Positions 30,371 through 32,000 of a DNA stretch of 32,000 nucleotides are shown piece by piece. The first letter of the stretch is position 1. The number at the start of each line of letters is the position of its first letter. The notes below the pieces were generated by a model. The model made no database searches. It saw only the letters and a program-made list of their open reading frames with translations, and was not told where the DNA came from. This DNA is from Crocosphaera chwakensis CCY0110 (lineage in GTDB: Bacteria; Cyanobacteriota; Cyanobacteriia; Cyanobacteriales; Microcystaceae). Position numbers and translations under genes: made by a program. The stretch spans positions 35,175 to 67,174 of the forward strand of contig NZ_AAXW01000021.1 of assembly GCF_000169335.1 (NCBI RefSeq), given 5' to 3'.

Positions 30371-32000
30371 ATGTCACCAACGGTAATTAAACGAGATGGC
30401 TCAGTTGCAAATCTCGACTTAAACGAAATTCGAGATGCGATCGCCTATGCCATCGAAGGCTACCCACTCAATTCTCTTGAATTAGAGTCAAGGGTGAATC
30501 TCCAACTCAATCAACCTCGGACCACTAGGTTTATCCAAGAAACGTTAGTCAATACGGCAGTGCAATTAGCCACACCGAAAGACCCCGAATGGCTCAACGT
30601 TGCCGGGCGACTTCATATCTGGAATTGGACTCATGAAGTCATTGCTAAACGAGGTTACGGCTATGGCCACTACGATGTGTTTTCCGATACCAATCTGTTT
30701 TCTAAGTACACCAGTCAACTGAAGATTTACAGCCAAAGGGACTTACAAGAAGCAGTAAGCTGGATCGAACCAGAGTTAGACAAAGTATTTGACCATGCAG
30801 GAGCAACTCTGCTGACACAACGGTATTTGAGCGACGATGAACTAATTCAAGAAGTCTTCTTAGTGACCGCTTTGGTATTAGCGATTCCAGAGCGAATGGA
30901 CGAGAGAATGTCTTATGCCAGGGCTTTCTACATGGCGATCGCACACCGTAAAATCTCTCTAGCCACACCTATCCTAGCCAACCTTCGCTTTGAGGGGGGT
31001 TCTGGAACCAGTTGCTTTATCTTATCAGTAGAGGACTCCATTGAGTCTATCTTTGACAATGTGAAGAACACCGCACGGATTTCTCAAGAAGGGGGTGGCG
31101 TTGGTATCAACCTCAGCAGAATCAGAGCCGTCGGCAGTTGGGTTCGCAGTAAACCCAATGTTAGTGGTGGGTTGATGTCCTGGATTCGGATTTTGAATGA
31201 TACGGCGATCGCAGTAAATCAAGGAGGTAGAAGAGCGGGCGCCGTAACCGTTGCCGCTGATATCTGGCACTTAGACATACCCGAATTCCTTGAAATGCGC
31301 TCTGAAGCGGGCGACCAACGCCGCAAAGCTTACGATGTGTTCCCTCAAGTGGTGGTAACAGACAACTTCATGCGTCGGGTTGAACAGGGAGCTACTTGGA
31401 CTTTAGTTGACCCTTACGAAGTGAAACAGGTTCTCGGAATCGACTTACCCAATCTCTGGGGAACCGAATTCGATGATGCCTACGAGCAAATCGAAGAAGC
31501 GGCTTCCATGGGAGACCTTACCCTGGCCCAAACAGTCAATGCTCGGAACTTGTTCATTGACATCCTAGAAACTCAGGTGGAAACTGGCTTACCTTACATT
31601 GCGTTTAAAGATGCACTCAACCGAGCCAATCCAAATAAACACATTGGGATTATTCCCTCTGTCAATCTCTGCTGCGAGAGTTTCTCCGTAGTCGTTCCTG
31701 GAAAACTTGCTCACAGTTGTAACTTAGCTTCGGTAAACCTTGCCCAAGTTGAAGACGACGAATTACCTGAGATTTGTCAGTTAGCGGTGAGACTACTAGA
31801 CAATACCATTGATGTCACCACCGCACCGATTGGAGAAGCAAGGAATCACAACCGTGAGTTACGGACTATTGGAGTAGGCGTCTTAGGCTTAGCCGATTAC
31901 TTAGCAAAGCGAGGACTCCGATATCAAGACAAGCGCGAAATCCGCGAACTATTCAAGGAATTCTCATACCAGTGCTTGATGGGGTCTGTACTTCTCGCCA
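30371..32000 (+). CDS. nrdA: Ribonucleotide reductase class I large (R1) subunit, partial (continues past window end)
   Basis: Not in the ORF track because there is no stop in the window. The frame is open from ATG 30371. It starts MSPTVIKRDGSVANLDLNEIRDAIAYAIEG (ATP-cone-like VxKRDG start). It also contains ...ATPILANLR...SCFIL..., GGGVGINLSRIR, the active-site loop VNLCCES and CNLASVNL. Confidence 0.88.
   Translation, partial: MSPTVIKRDGSVANLDLNEIRDAIAYAIEGYPLNSLELESRVNLQLNQPRTTRFIQETLVNTAVQLATPKDPEWLNVAGRLHIWNWTHEVIAKRGYGYGHYDVFSDTNLFSKYTSQLKIYSQRDLQEAVSWIEPELDKVFDHAGATLLTQRYLSDDELIQEVFLVTALVLAIPERMDERMSYARAFYMAIAHRKISLATPILANLRFEGGSGTSCFILSVEDSIESIFDNVKNTARISQEGGGVGINLSRIRAVGSWVRSKPNVSGGLMSWIRILNDTAIAVNQGGRRAGAVTVAADIWHLDIPEFLEMRSEAGDQRRKAYDVFPQVVVTDNFMRRVEQGATWTLVDPYEVKQVLGIDLPNLWGTEFDDAYEQIEEAASMGDLTLAQTVNARNLFIDILETQVETGLPYIAFKDALNRANPNKHIGIIPSVNLCCESFSVVVPGKLAHSCNLASVNLAQVEDDELPEICQLAVRLLDNTIDVTTAPIGEARNHNRELRTIGVGVLGLADYLAKRGLRYQDKREIRELFKEFSYQCLMGSVLLA

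Noticed and set aside
30702-31270. Minus-strand ORFs 30702-30968 and 31025-31270
   Set aside because: They are antisense within the clearly recognisable nrdA reading frame.

Overview
The DNA looks cyanobacterial: it has HIP1 GCGATCGC sites, a PEP-CTERM protein and an SLH/OprB porin. The window splits into two very different parts.

**Part 1 (1 to about 12.8 kb): host-like zinc-homeostasis cluster.** Genes include two tandem metallophosphoesterase paralogues, a CobW-like P-loop NTPase, an Asp-rich (zinc-independent type) hemB, a PEP-CTERM protein, an SLH/OprB porin, znuCBA and a flavoprotein. Six intergenic regions carry Fur-box-like palindromes (ATGATAAT/ATTATCAT cores), which I read as Zur boxes from the gene context. 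The Fur-family (zur-like) repressor gene itself is split by an IS200/IS605-type element. That element carries tnpA plus a frameshifted tnpB.

**Part 2 (about 13.2 kb to the window end): accessory island.**
- Nearly all genes are on the + strand.
- Genes include a 1481-aa N6-MTase/strawberry-notch-type helicase fusion, a stand-alone beta-clamp, two RTX-like paralogues, a TPR protein, a decayed PAPS-reductase-like gene, many small unknown ORFs, and class I RNR nrdB and nrdA.
- A minus-strand mazEF-like pair sits inside it, bracketed by RM-methylase tail remnants.

**Most unusual content: non-coding punctuation of the island.**
- An exact strand-specific 8-mer, GCTAGCGC, lies 32-47 nt upstream of 13 start codons.
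- A fixed-length 46-nt inverted-repeat element (CCGCAGCA-N30-TGCTGCGG) occurs 7 times.
- Four 136-nt modules containing that hairpin have expanded the nrdB-nrdA spacer to about 2 kb, with duplicated small-ORF cassettes.
- Intrinsic terminators follow almost every gene.

I could not assign these elements to a known class. No tRNA, rRNA, CRISPR array, integrase or reverse transcriptase was recognised. All homology calls come from reading motifs by eye, not from searches.
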